A program made the position numbers and the translations under genes. The notes below the pieces were generated by a model. The model ran no database searches, had not been told where the DNA came from, and worked only from the letters and a program-made list of their open reading frames with translations. 64,000 bases of DNA from Octopus vulgaris. Taxonomy: Eukaryota. The DNA lies in contig OX597818.1 in NCBI GenBank assembly GCA_951406725.2, positions 120,962,001 through 121,026,000 on the forward strand. Reading direction: 5' to 3'. Shown here in pieces: positions 11,138-24,093 of this stretch (positions are counted from its first letter, which is position 1; each line of letters starts with the position of its first letter).

Positions 11138-13013
11138 ATTTCTTTATTACCCACAAGGGGCAAACATAGAGGAGACAGTATATAACGTGTAGGGACAAAA
11201 GACGAATGAAAGAAAAATGAAATAAAAATGAAAAGATTAATGAAACCTTTTGGCCCAACCTCCGAACGACTCCATTTATTCTTTTAATACGATCTTAAAT
11301 GCAATCAAACCCCATCTGTCGGTAGAATGTCAATATTGAAATATCTCGGAGATTACGATAGTTTATATACTTTGGTACTTGACTGGTGTCCATTGTCTTC
11401 TCCCAGTATTCAAAGTATTTATTGCAGTTAACCATTTTTGACATTTGATCCCGCTTTGCCAGCACACAATTATAATGCCATGGTATACTACTATAATCTG
11501 CCGCATTAACTGTTATTGCATCCTCCCGAGTATTTATCTCGTTGTATAGGTCTTTATTTAAATCCTCGTATATCACTACGTATTTTGTTTTTTCACAAGT
11601 TGAGGGAGGAGAGTTTTGGGGCTCCTGTATGTTTGTGTTTTTCTTTGTGTCGGTGGGGTGTGGGAAGGGTTAGCGTCTGTAGGGGGAGGATGGGGCAAAG
11701 TGGGTGTGGGTGGATTTTGGGTGGGTTTAGGATAGGGGGCGACATCCACAGGGTGTACCTTTTCATCTTTTTTCTCTGTTTCCTTCAGACCGTTTCCCAA
11801 TCATATCCTTCGTTGTTTACTTCTTCCTCAGCACTTGAGTTTTCTTTTGTTGGTGTTGGAGGTGCGACTTCCTCCTTGCTTACGGGTTTTTCTTGAGGTT
11901 TTTTGGGCGGCGGAAGACAGTCCGCACTCATGTTGCCTTTTAGACCACACTTGTAGCAACACGGGGTCCTGTCCGCCACTCTGATCTTCTATAGAGATAG
12001 TTCATACAATATTTTTAAGGTCCTCCGGTGCCGCCAGGGTAAGCATATCCAGGCTCTGCCCTTGCCAATTCTTATGAGCTGTTCTTGTGGCTTGGAGGAC
12101 CACTATCTTATCTTCATTGCCCAGCAGTATGACAGCTACTGGCCAGGCTACGTCAATCTCTGGTGGTTCATCTACCCTAACACTGGAAGCACGTCTCCCA
12201 AGGTATAGGGATAGAAGTACAACTTCTCTGTCTTTAATGGGGTTGCAGAATATAACCTGGCAATAGCTACCTCTCGGAAATGTACCTACACTGTTCCGAA
12301 CTTCATTCCTCTGGCAAGGTACGAAAATCCTTACCAAAGTGGTTTCAAGGCTTTTTCTACTTGCGTGGTCGTCATTTTTCCGATTTTCTTTGTTTTCATG
12401 GAGTACGTCCTATATATTATAGTTTTCTCCTTGGTAGTTTTCAAAATTCCTTGGGAAATGGACACCTTTGCGTCGCACCCCTCCTAGAAAGCATGTTTTA
12501 TATTTGCTAAGTTTTGTTAGTTCGACTTCATTACTGTGGTTCTTGGCGATAGCCGCAAATTTCTTTTCTTCACCTGCTCTTCCTTTACTTCGACACACCT
12601 CAATAGTTCCTCCTCAGAAGACGTAAGCCCCGTGGAGGTGAGGCTTTCGTACTCCATCGTTAATACATGTGCTACCCACTTCTGCGAAGGGAGAAAGCAG
12701 CAACAGACTGCTGTCAGGCAGTAAAACAAGTGTAACAAAGTGTTTAAAAAGCACCAAATAATTTTAACAATAAACGATTCAACACGTACGTCAATACTGT
12801 AGATAAGACTAGTTTGAAAAAAACACATTTATTGTAGCAAAAATATTTACAGCAGGTTTTGTAGATAGGAAAAGAATCAATCAGAATTAACCATCATACA
12901 AACGTGCACGCGCGATAGACTGAATTACACATAACACGTAGTCGTAAGTTCAAGTTGTAACAAATGTAAAGTAACAATTTCGAATCCAGGAGAAGCTACA
13001 CTTCATGTCAATA
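11138..13013 (-). mobile_element. Degenerate L1/Tx1-type ORF1-only element (zinc knuckle) with a Tx1/SINE-like 3' tail
   Basis: Frameshifted ORF1 pieces including CYKCGLKGNMSADC. No RT between ORF1 and the 3' end CCCCTTGTGGGTAATAAAGAAAT at 11138. Confidence 0.65.
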
Positions 13014-13021
13014 CTGCCATC

Positions 13022-13459
13022 GGATCTTTTCGGTTTGAACGGCAGTTTTTTTCTAGCAGCGTCATATGAAATTGTCCCCCATAATTATAACCCTAGTATC
13101 GATCTGTTGCATTTCAATCTGTTTTAGGGTTAAGGTTAGTTAGGGTTAGGGTTAGGGTTAGGGGTGGGGGAAGGGTATCTTTTTTTCTTCATAAATGTAA
13201 ATAAACCCAATCTGTTTCTTAAACGAGGGACATATTCATACGGCACAGAATGTTTTCACTTCAATAGACGTCATTGATTGGTTAAAATTGCAGAAATTGA
13301 AGGAAAAAAACAACAAATATCTTACAAACTATAAAATTTTCTCAATAAAGCCAAGAGAAAAAGATGTTTTATAAACACATTCTACCAGTATACGAAGCTT
13401 AAAAGTGTTTAGTTACGTGGAAATTATTTTAAAATCTACCGTTCAAACCGAAAAGATTC
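13022..13459. mobile_element. MITE with 24-bp TIRs, an 8-bp TSD and internal TTAGGG repeats (Merlin-like by termini and TSD)
   Basis: TIRs GGATCTTTTCGGTTTGAACGGCAG / CTACCGTTCAAACCGAAAAGATTC; TSD CTGCCATC (13014-13021) / CTGCCACC (13460-13467); TTAGGG-type repeats at ~13124-13163. Confidence 0.75.
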
Positions 13460-13467
13460 CTGCCACC

Positions 13468-14530
13468 TATTTCTATTGGGAATATACCGGTGCAATAAGT
13501 TTTTGTTGCATGTAAAGTGTTTTCAAGCAGGTATTTGCTAAGCGCCAACTCTACACTTCTGAGTTCATATGGACGATCGACAAGAAGCTCACTGCAAACT
13601 TGCAGGATATTATTCACTCCATATTCACCCCTTGATGGTTGTATATATTTTGGCTAATAAAGTTTGACACATTTGATTTGTAAATCCTAAATTGTACCAG
13701 ATCGCACTTGGCAATTAAATGTTCGGGGCTGCCACATTTGTAGCATCTAGGCTTTTTGCCTTCTGCCACAACATATAAGCATTGCCCATTTTCCAAGTGG
13801 ATCTTATCCGGTAGGCTCTCGATAGAGGCCCCCTCAATCTGTATCGTCACCACTATTGTCTTCCCACCCCAAATGTCGCTAGGGTACACGGTGGTCTCCA
13901 AAATGTTTATATTGTTTAAATGGTAACAGATTGCCCCTGTTATCCATTTGTTAGGAAGCTCAGGAGGTACATTTTTAATAGTGATTCGACTCACTCTCTG
14001 GTTTTTATAGTATGGGACCATGATGATTTCATCATTTCCCAGAGACTCAGTAGAGTGAGCTTTTGCTACTTCCTGGTTAGGGAAGCGGACCACTACTGTG
14101 TTAAACTGGGGACCCCAGTTTATATATTCTTTTTCTTTCATTATGTTTTTTAAACATTTTTCTACATCAGTCTTTGTAATCTGTTCATTTAGTTTTTTGT
14201 TTTTCTAATAATTTTATTCATATTTGCACTTAGCGCGCGTACGTTCTTTTTTTCTCCTAATGCTTCCAAACTAGGAAAATGCTGGTCAATAAAAGAACGC
14301 GACCAGCGTTCTACAATAAAATTTCTCGACATTTTCTAATGTCAAGAAGAAAATTACAGAAATGAAATGGGGTTGAAACTGCCCCTAGGGGCGAATTCCT
14401 CCTTGGAAAAGCACTCAAACGAAAGTTGGGTGCCTTACACAACTTATTTACAAAAATGTACACAAAAATTGGGCTATAAATAGTCAAAATAAACGATTAC
14501 CTTCGGAGTCGAAGTGACAGCACGTCCATA
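13468..14530 (-). mobile_element. L1/Tx1-type ORF1 (gag-like, CCHC zinc knuckle) 5' element fragment
   Basis: ORF 13614-14141 with ITIKNVPPEL and an intact CYKCGSPEHLIAKC knuckle; the 5' end carries GGACGTG next to (GATA)n. Confidence 0.7.
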
Positions 14531-14533
14531 GAC

Positions 14534-14598
<65 letters not shown>

Positions 14599-14614
14599 CA
14601 CATACACATACAAG

Positions 14615-14660
<46 letters not shown>

Positions 14661-16199
14661 TTATATATTACGCAATGTAAATAAAATGTTTATACACACC
14701 CATATATGCATAACACCCATTAGTAAAAGTTATAATGAAATATATTTGATTCATCAGTTAATGACTATGAACTCATGAGAAACATTCCACATGTTAGATA
14801 TCAACTTTCATCCAAGAAGTGTTGGTATATGAGTCATTGTATACACGTCTGTTTTAGTTCACATTTGTAAAAAAAACAATGCTCAGGTACAACGAAAGTA
14901 GTTAAATATAAAATGAACGTGGTTAAACGGCAGGCTAGGCTGTAGGCTACCATCTCCCAATCTACTTTCGTTTTTGAAAACTTTCTTCGAATAATGCTTT
15001 ACTTTTTATCATTGTTCGCTATAACATCTACGCGGTCGTTCGGTTTTCCGAGAATAACAGCTAAACATCGAATTGGAACTGTACTAATTAACAAAGATTC
15101 TGCTTCACAATAAATAATAAGTTGGGCGTATCTACGAGTAAGGGTATACAGAGGTACACAGAGGTACAAGAGGATCAGGTAGTAGCTGTTGTTCATTAAC
15201 TGCAGATCAGCATAGGTTGAGCAGACTTATGATAAAAAAGGTGTCCTGGCTGAGGAAATACCCTCTGCTCTCATTAAATGCCTCCAGTCACAACATGCAG
15301 ACTACTGCGACTCCGTGATACTAGGGTAATTAATCTACTGCTTTTCTAGTTCTACTACCAGTTGCGCAGATCGTCTCGGACAGCCGGGCACATTGATTTA
15401 GTATACTTAAACAATTGAAGAAATTGCCATTTTATTATTATATTTTCAGAACAATGTATATTCTTCCATGTTTGGTTGACATTTGAAAAATAAAACTAAA
15501 TATACATCATATATCTCATATCATATCTGATATGTATCACACACACGCACGCACACACACACCAGCCAAACCAGCTCATAATGGGGAAAATGCTTTGAAA
15601 TTAAATCTGAAACAGGTTCCCGAAATACGCAGTTTTTTTGGTATCTTGAACTATTGGTGGCCCAACGGGTCACGGGTAGTCTAGTATAACATAAAGTCAA
15701 GTGCTGGTGGAAGCTTCCATATTCTTGTTATTCTTATTAGATGTGAATGGAATATAAAAAACAAAATGAGATGTGTATTTTTTTTCTTTTAAATCAACGA
15801 GTTTGAAGGAAATATTATGTTTATAGGAGATGATAAAAAAAGTCGTAACAACATTACCCTTCTACCGGAAAATAGATAATCTTAGAATCTTATCTGAAGA
15901 CATTGTGTAGTAATATCAAATAAACAGAAATACTTCCGTTATCTTATTCCTGTTTTAACTTTTACAGATGTGCTATTCTCACAGCTAATGTGATATATAT
16001 TTAGGAATATTGTAACAAACTATTTAATCAAGTTTTTTATTGAGGTAAGGAGTCGATTGATTTTATTTTCACTTAACAAAGAAATTGGGTTTCTGCTCAT
16101 GGTCACAAAGGTAGTGCGATTATATTAATTCGTATCGTTTGTGTTTTTTGCCCTTGAAAAAGACAGTAAAGACATATTACCAGTGGAAGATGCTTTCGA

Positions 16200-16741
16200 A
16201 GTTTCTGTTCCTCTTCTCTCCTCACTCATGCTGTATGCAATCCTCAAAGGCCCCACGTAAATCGTTATAATTGCTCCTGTCTCTCTACTCTCTTCTCATA
16301 TCTTTTTCTCAAATGTTAACTGGGAAATACATGAAAGAAAAGAGGAATAGAAATTGTATCAATCTCAGCTGCTCATGTGGTTCTATGGACGCAACGATCT
16401 CTGCACCTTCTTCTAGACACAAGTTACTCTCTTATACACACACGCGCCTTTGTGTTGGGGCTCCTTCGTGTTGGAAGTCATCTTGACCTTGTTATCTTCC
16501 CTACTTTCCCCTTCCCGTCTGACCATTCTGTCCGAGTCAGATGCCATGATAGATCGTTAGCCACTACACACATTTTTTTCTCTCCTTGTTTCTCTCCTTG
16601 TTTTTCTTTCTGTGTACCTTTCTGTAGAAAAGCGCAGGCTCGAAACGTAAGAGACTTTTTCTATTCCTGAGCGCTATACTAATACATCTGTTTGTTTGTA
16701 CACCACCTGTATTCGTCTTATGTTTTTTTTGTAAACTTTCC

Positions 16742-16742
<1 letters not shown>
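16200..16742 (+). mobile_element. Degenerate PLE-like 3' remnant
   Basis: Pyrimidine-rich tail with a decayed hammerhead-like ...GGCTCGAAACGTAAGAG, ending at (TA)n. Assignment by resemblance only. Confidence 0.4.
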
Positions 16743-16811
<69 letters not shown>

Positions 16812-16814
<3 letters not shown>

Positions 16815-16994
16815 GGTCCCGGGTTGATTCGGGGTTAACCACAGTAAATAAGGTACTCAATACATAGCAGAGTAAAATAATTTATTATATAGAAGGAGCT
16901 TCTACAGGACTAGAACTGTTTCATTCAAGAGAAATCTTCAGGATGCTTCTTGAATGAAACAGTTCTAGTCCTGTAGAAGCTCCTTCTATATAAT

Positions 16995-16996
<2 letters not shown>
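16812..16996 (-). mobile_element. 185-bp hammerhead mini-element with a 49-bp inverted duplication, between two (TA)n tracts
   Basis: Arms 16882-16930 / 16948-16996. The - strand at 16897-16947 reads AGCATC-CTGAAGA-TTTCTCTTGAAT-GAAAC-AGTTCTAGTCCT-GTA-GAAGCT. Confidence 0.7.
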
Positions 16997-17067
<71 letters not shown>

Positions 17068-17455
17068 CATACATACATACATACATATCCATGACATATA
17101 TATAAATACGTACTCACACACATGCAGATATACATTAACGGAGGGACTTGCTTTTGTCCTGGTCTCAACTATGTCAACGTTTTTTAACTAAATTGAAATG
17201 ACTTATAATGTTTACATATTGTGCATTTTTTTTTTCACTTTTACTTTCATATATTATTACTGTAGATAAAGTTCTAGAGTTAATCCCCAGGTTTTTATGA
17301 TGCGTGAAGCTTTTTAAACAGTGTGCACGTCTGTAATTTCTGGTAACGGCTACAGCGGAGCTTGTAGTTGTTGATCGTCTATAGTTATTGCTAATAGTGT
17401 GCATCCTAGCACATTGTCTCGCACAAGGGAGACTATCGATGTTGCATATATTTCT

Positions 17456-17686
17456 ATTTCTTTATTACCCACAAGGGGCTAAACATAGAGGGGACAAACA
17501 AGGACAGACATAGATATTAAGTCGATTACATCGACCCCAGTGAGTAACTGATACTTAATTTATCGACCCCGAAAGGATGAAAGGCAAAGTCGACCTCGGC
17601 GGAATTTGAACTCAGAACGCAGCGGCGGACGAAATACCACAAAGCATTTCGCCCGGCGTGCTAACTATTCTGCCAGCTCGCCGCCT
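17456..17686 (-). mobile_element. SINE family A
   Basis: Full-length reverse-complement match to the other family A copies. Confidence 0.85.
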
Positions 17687-18030
17687 GAACTCTTTGTGCC
17701 TGTTTGGTCTCTGTTTGACAGATGGGGATTTTCATAGATGTGCACTGGAGCGTTGTATGTATGTCTGGCTGACTGAGGGTGATTATTCATATAGTTACAG
17801 AGACTATACAAGTTGAAATTTGCTGCAGAAATAACCTATGCATCTCACATGTCTAGGTAGTGTGAGATTTTCTCTAATTTTGTTTTATTGTATAGATGCT
17901 CTGTGATCGCGGCTTGTGCACGACCGTTGATGATGTATAATACCATTTTCTGTGTTCTTTGTAGTTTATTGAGATTTCTGTGGAGGGATTGGAAACACTA
18001 GTAGGACTGGTATAGTCCATGTTTTATCAT

Positions 18031-18368
18031 AGGCGCAGGAGTGGCTGTGTGGTAAGTAGCTTGCTTACCAACCACATGTTCCCGGGTTCATTCCCACTGC
18101 GTGGAACCTTGGACAAGTGTCTTCTGCTATAGCCTTTATTTCACGTTGCTCCAGTTCACTCAGCTGTAGAAATGAGTTGTGACGTCACAGGTGCCAAGCT
18201 GTATCGGCCCCTTTGCCTTTCTCTTGGATAACATTGGTGGCGTGGAGAATGGAGACCTGTATGCATGGGCGACTGCTGGTCTTCCATAAACAACCTTGCC
18301 CGGACTTGTGCCTGGGAGGGTAACTTTCTAGGTGCAATCCCATGGTCAGTCATGACCGAAGGGAGTCT
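18031..18368 (+). mobile_element. Chimeric SINE (family B head, family C-type body)
   Basis: AGGCGCAGGAGTGGCTGTGTGGTAAG...GGTTCATTCCC head, then TTTATTTCACGTTGCTCCAGTTCACTCAGC body. Confidence 0.65.
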
Positions 18369-19065
18369 AAGCTCTCTTCAAAAGTGACTACAAAGTTATG
18401 AAATGCTCTGGAACGAAACGAAACTGAATACTACTTAGGCAAATTACTGTTTTTCAGATAATTAGCATTTTTCTCGGTGTAGAAACAGTGATCAGCTACA
18501 TTTCGAGATTGGATATGTCCAAAATTAGGTAACTACCCCTCTTTGAGAAATGGTTAAAACTTCCAGATTGGTTCTTCCTTTTAAGAATTGATTTCACTAT
18601 ACCTACTTAACATCCAGAAATATTTGAAAACAGTTTTCCGAGAGCTTTGTAAGGACATCATTCCTTACATCATTCCCTAGAAAAGTTGAATGACATGAGC
18701 TAGTTTTAAGATAATTTCTAGTGTTTATTATTTTATGTTTAATAATAGTTATGTGGACTAAATTGTGTGTGGTAAATTTTTCTTAACATTTATTAACATA
18801 GTTTCTGCTTAAAAGTTAAGATATCAATCTATATAGAAAATTACGTTTTTTTTTTGTTTTTTTTTTTGAAATCTCACAATGTGAGATATTCAACAACATT
18901 ACTTTGTAGTAAAGATTGTTTGCCAACATAACAGTAGGCCTAAACCAGGACTGCCATGTTATGTTGGCAAACAAACTTTACTTTCAATCTATATAATTCG
19001 TTTATTTAACGATTGTCTCATTATGCTGTCATTTAAGAGTTTATTTTATTTCCCCCCCACAGAAA

Positions 19066-19126
19066 ATGTCGTTGTTATGGAGCTGCTTTGGATTGTTAGT
19101 GGCGCTAGCAGTACATTGTACTGAAG
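19066..19126 (+). CDS. GH18 chitinase-like protein, coding exon 1 (signal peptide)
   Basis: cccacag|AAAATG; MSLLWSCFGLLVALAVHCTE; donor G|gtaagg, phase 1. The acceptor just before the ATG implies an unlocated 5'UTR exon upstream. Confidence 0.85.
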
Positions 19127-19779
19127 GTAAGGTTATGTACTTTTTATTACTGTAATAATGTATTTGTGAATGTACGTGCCTTAGTTGTTATAAAGTCGTG
19201 AGTTCAATTCCCGGTGACACATTGTGTCCTTGAGCAAGACACTTTATTTCACGTTGATCCACTCCACTCAGTTGACAAAAAGTGAAGGTACAACCAGAAG
19301 CTTACCCTCCAGTGGCATAGCTCTCATTGTCATTGAGGTTCAGACACCATACTGCAACGAAGACTGAAATTGTGCCGGAACATAGACCGCTGATACACTA
19401 CTAAAAACTTCGTTATCATGTAGTGTAAATAAAGTGATGCAGCCTGGGAAAAAACAATTTATTCGCACAGGTGGAATTGAACTTTGAACTAAAATAAATT
19501 AACGGTATAATGCTGTTGTTCCTTACAGTAAGCAGAACCGCCCAATAGTACTTGAGGTTAAGCAACTATTCTAACCACTATTCTAGCACGCACTGTTCAC
19601 ATAGGCACATGTATGGGTATGCGGTTTAAAAGCTTGTTCTTCAACCATGTGGTTTTGGATTCAGTGCCACCGCATGTTACCATAGGCAAGTGTCTTCTAC
19701 TATATCCTCCGTTCGACCAACGATTTGTAAATAAATTCGCTAAACGGAAAGTATGTGGAAGCCTGCTGTATATATATGT

Positions 19780-20110
19780 TAGTCGTATGGAAGATGGCAG
19801 AATCTTCAAGGACATACTCTACGAAGAGCTTGCTAGGGGCATTAGGTCTGTTGGAAGACCATTCTTACAGTACAAGGATGTCTACACAAGGGACATGAAG
19901 GCCTGCAATATCAATATTAGCAACGGGGAAGCGGTTTGGCAGCAACTATGGAGATTGGCGACGCACCATAGAAGGAGTGACTGAGGTAACAAGAAACTAA
20001 TACCTTACAATCAGCCAGGTAAAGTCTTCGCTACATCTACGTCACCTGCCAGAGGGAGTGTTTGTCCAGGATATGACTACATAGCCACAGCAAGAGATGT
20101 AAATGATATG
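19780..20110 (+). mobile_element. RTE-clade LINE 3' fragment
   Basis: RMEDGRIFKDILYEELARGIRSVGRPFLQYKD matches the RTE/BovB-type C-terminal motif. Confidence 0.75.
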
Positions 20111-21360
20111 AAATGTAAAAACCAGACTGGATTATTTTATGCGCAACTCCATTGTCTCTCGAAACAAAAGGATACCACTCCATATATTTATGTGTGCGCA
20201 TTTATTTGCATTCACTACCATACACCATTCTCTTCCTAATATTGAATCTTGCAACTGAGTTATGGGAGAGAGATAAAGTCTGCTGTCCTGTTTAGCACCA
20301 TTACCTAACCTTTACATGTATTTTGGTGGTGTTTAATCTGTTGCAAGCATCCGAACCAGAAATCTTGTGTGAATGCAACTTTTCTTCTTCTTCCCACCAG
20401 TCATATAAAATAACATAACTGCATCGACAGTTACACACATATATACAAACAGACACAAGCATACATATATATACACGCACATGGGTAAAGACCCTTTTCA
20501 GTCATGAATGACCATAGGATTGCACCTAGGAAATTCCTCACCGACGTACAAGTCCGGGAAAGGTTGTTTACAGAAGACCAACAGTCACCTATGAATACCA
20601 GCCCCCACTTCTGCACGCCAGTAATATTATCCAAGGGAAACTGACGTCGCAACTCATTTCTACAGCTGAGTGAACTGAAGCAACATGAAATGAAGTCTCT
20701 TGCACAAGAATACACCTCACAGGTCGATCCCGGAATCGAACTCACTACATCATGTTTATGAGCCCGACGCTCTAATCACTGAGTCATTTATGCCTTCACA
20801 CGCATACACACAGTACAATTTACGAACAAGTGAGGAAGCCTCTACATGGTCACTTGACCTGCAGTCAGTCAAATCTCCTTCAAACCACAATGAAGTGTTT
20901 TCCTAAAACTGGATAGACACATGATAATATAGCCTTATGTAATGGGACCTTTGTTCGGAGAATTCTGGCACCATGGAACACATTTTAGCTACTAGAGCTC
21001 TTAAATCTACAGTGGCCCGAAGTAGGACTAACCAGGGCCCCAACTATGGGTTAATTAGCATGTCGCAGGATTGCTTCCAGAAGGTTACTCACAGATGCTC
21101 CAATGAACCCAGGACAAACGAGGCCCTTTAGCCATCCTATCTTTTTTATATGTAAGACTACACTCACAAATGTGCTATTGTATTTTTAAGACGATGTAAG
21201 AGAAATTTGCAAGCTATTTCCATTCGTCCGTGAGCATGTTTGACCCTTGTTTAATCAGATCATGCAATATATCCTTAAGTACTCCTTTGCTCTGAAAATA
21301 ATGTATACTATATGCTTCGATGACTAAATAAGTTTAATATATTTTTTTTTAATCCCTAAG

Positions 21361-21529
21361 CTGAAGTCCGCCGTTGGTGTTACTATACAAACTGGTCTCA
21401 ATATAGAACTGGACTGGCAAAATTTGTACCAGAAGATATTGATGCAAACTTATGTACACATATATCATATGCGTTCGCTGCTCTTAAGAATGGGAAGTTA
21501 GCAACGTTTGAATGGAATGATAATGATAT
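21361..21529 (+). CDS. GH18 chitinase-like protein, exon 2
   Basis: [54 protein letters not shown]; ag/gt boundaries; phase 1 to 2. Confidence 0.95.
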
Positions 21530-22252
21530 GTAAGTAGCAGAGGAGATTTAAAATTCTTAACATTAAAATGAGTATAAGTTAATGAAATATAAAAATGTGA
21601 AATAACTTCGTATTGTTGTCTGCTTTTTAATGTATCCAGGATTACGTTAGTCAATATCTTTGTTTTCTAGACAATACAGTCTAATATGAGGCAAAAACAC
21701 TTCGCTACTATATCTGCTGTACCTATCTATCTACACACAAACACGCGCGCGCGCACATATACGTACATGCATACATACTTAAATACATGCATACACGCAT
21801 GCATACATACATACACCAGATTACAAGCTTAGGTTTATATCTGTAATTATTGGAGCCCTGGTATATGTAACACACTACCTAAATGCTAATTTTGAGAAAT
21901 TAGGCTTCTCAAAATCAGAAAGGAGAAGGCTAATTCGAAGACTACAAATCCATCCCATCACTGGAACTGTAAAAATCTGTAAGACTTTCCAGAAGTTTGT
22001 CATTTAAATATAGATGAGCATGTCTAGATATGTAACTATATGCATGAGAATACATACATAAAACATACAAATCTGCACATACATACATATATACATACAT
22101 ACATACATGCATAAATGCATACATACAAACAAAAATACTCTGTTATTGATATTGAGGTTCCAACGAAGTAACCTTGGATTTAGGTTAGAAACCGGTTCTT
22201 TCTCTATTGGCAAGAAATCTTGAAATACTGAATAATGACATATATACATAGA

Positions 22253-23486
22253 GAAAGGGTGGGCTGAAAGGTTCATAGACTGACTATGAGGGATTGATGC
22301 TAGAGCTGTGAAATCTTGCATGTATTAATTTCATCTCTTATTAATAACTACATTGTGTCTTTCTTGGTAAACTGATATCTGACTGTTCAAAGAAGACTTC
22401 AAAGGTAACTAGCAGCGACTTCTCTTAAAAAGGGAGAAAATTTGACAACGTGATGTTATCAACTACTTGCAGTAAAAGGGATTTAACCACCAACGACATT
22501 CATGCTGACATTAGGGGATGCTACATTAAGGGATGACGCTCCAGCTTTATCAACAGTGTAAAAGTGGACAGCTAATTTTAGGAGTAGAAGGGTGAGTCTT
22601 GAAGATGACCCAAGGTCTGGACGTCCTTCAACTGTCACAGCTGAGGAAAACATTGATTGTGTTCACCACCTGATGATGGATGACATGGGATTGACTATAG
22701 ATCAAATAGCCAATGGTATTAGCAGATCTCGAGAGAATTCCGAAAATTCTGCACAACGAACTTGGTATGACGAAGGTTTTTGCACGGTGACTGCCACGTC
22801 TTCTGACACCTGATCAAAAGTACACCAGGCTGATAAAAAAAAATACCACGGAAAAATCTGACATTGTTAGAGGCAGACCCAACTGGTTTCGTTAAACATT
22901 TCCTAATCCAGGATTAGTGTTGGCTTCATCACTTTGAGCGAGTGACAAAAAAAAAACAATCCATGCAGTGCAACACCCCTGCTTCAAACAAGGCCAAGGT
23001 CATTTCATCTGCAGGGAAGATAATGGCCACAGTTTTTTGGGATGCAAAAAGCATTGTGTTTATTGACTTTCTTCAAGGGGGCCACGAATGTCTATCAAGA
23101 CCAAATTCCCAGGAAAACTGACGAAAGGCACAAGGCCCAAAACATCAAAACACTGCTCAGCCCACAAGTCCTTGCTTTCAATGGCTGCTGTGCATGACTG
23201 TAGCTTTGAAATAGATCACTCCTATTCTCCTAATTAGGCTCCATCTGGTATCTACTGCTCCCCAACATTTGGGGACGCACTTGGTTGGGAACCAATATCG
23301 TAGTGATGATGACATCATATCTGCTGTTAGTATTAGTTGCTTTTGAAGTGTTCTTCGAACAGTCAGGTGTCAGTTTACCTGGAAAGAAATAATGAAGTTA
23401 TTAATGAGAAGGGTTGAAGCTATAGTATTTCGCAGTTCTAGCATCATTCCTTCAGTCAGCCTATGAACCCTTCAGCCCACCCTCGT
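22253..23486 (+). mobile_element. Full-length degenerate mariner element
   Basis: TIRs AGGGTGGGCTGAAAGGTTCATAGACTGACT / AGTCAGCCTATGAACCCTTCAGCCCACCCT; transposase relics LEDDPRSGRPST and FWDAKSIVFIDFL; many stops. Confidence 0.9.
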
Positions 23487-23494
23487 GTGTGTGA

Positions 23495-23531
<37 letters not shown>

Positions 23532-23679
23532 TATCGTTACTAATCTATACATACAGTATTATAGAAGAAATAAGTGAAGTTGAAAATAAAAATACATTTT
23601 AACTGGTTTTATATTTGTGTGGTTTGTAAAAGTGTAACTAAACTGTATGTATATATATGTACGTATGTATGTATTTATG

Positions 23680-23713
<34 letters not shown>

Positions 23714-24093
23714 TGTATGTATGTACGTATGTGTGTATGTATGCATACATGTATGTGCGTATGTGTGTAGGAATAAATGTATTTGAAAGCACTATCTCTT
23801 TTTTGCATTAACCTACAAATTTCTTAATCTTATAGGCTTCTATTAAACTTCAAATACTGAAGAATTTGGAAGTATTTAGTAATGGCTACTAACTTTTTAT
23901 TATTATTTAGATTAGCCTCTGCCATTTGTAATATATTCTCATAGAACTTCCCTGAATCGAATAAAATACAGATCGAGTACTGAAGAACATGATATCGCTT
24001 CTCTTGCCTAAAAATTGCTTTCGTGTGCAAAATATGAAATTAATGTTTCTTTTGTTGTGTATTTTAGCCTATCTATATTTTTATTATATACAG

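Noticed and set aside
15655-15685. Second Helitron
   Set aside because: Only a hairpin plus CTAG 3'-end-like motif; no 5' end could be identified.
16620-16660. Additional hammerhead
   Set aside because: GAAAC-GTA is present but the CUGANGA box is decayed; not counted as functional.
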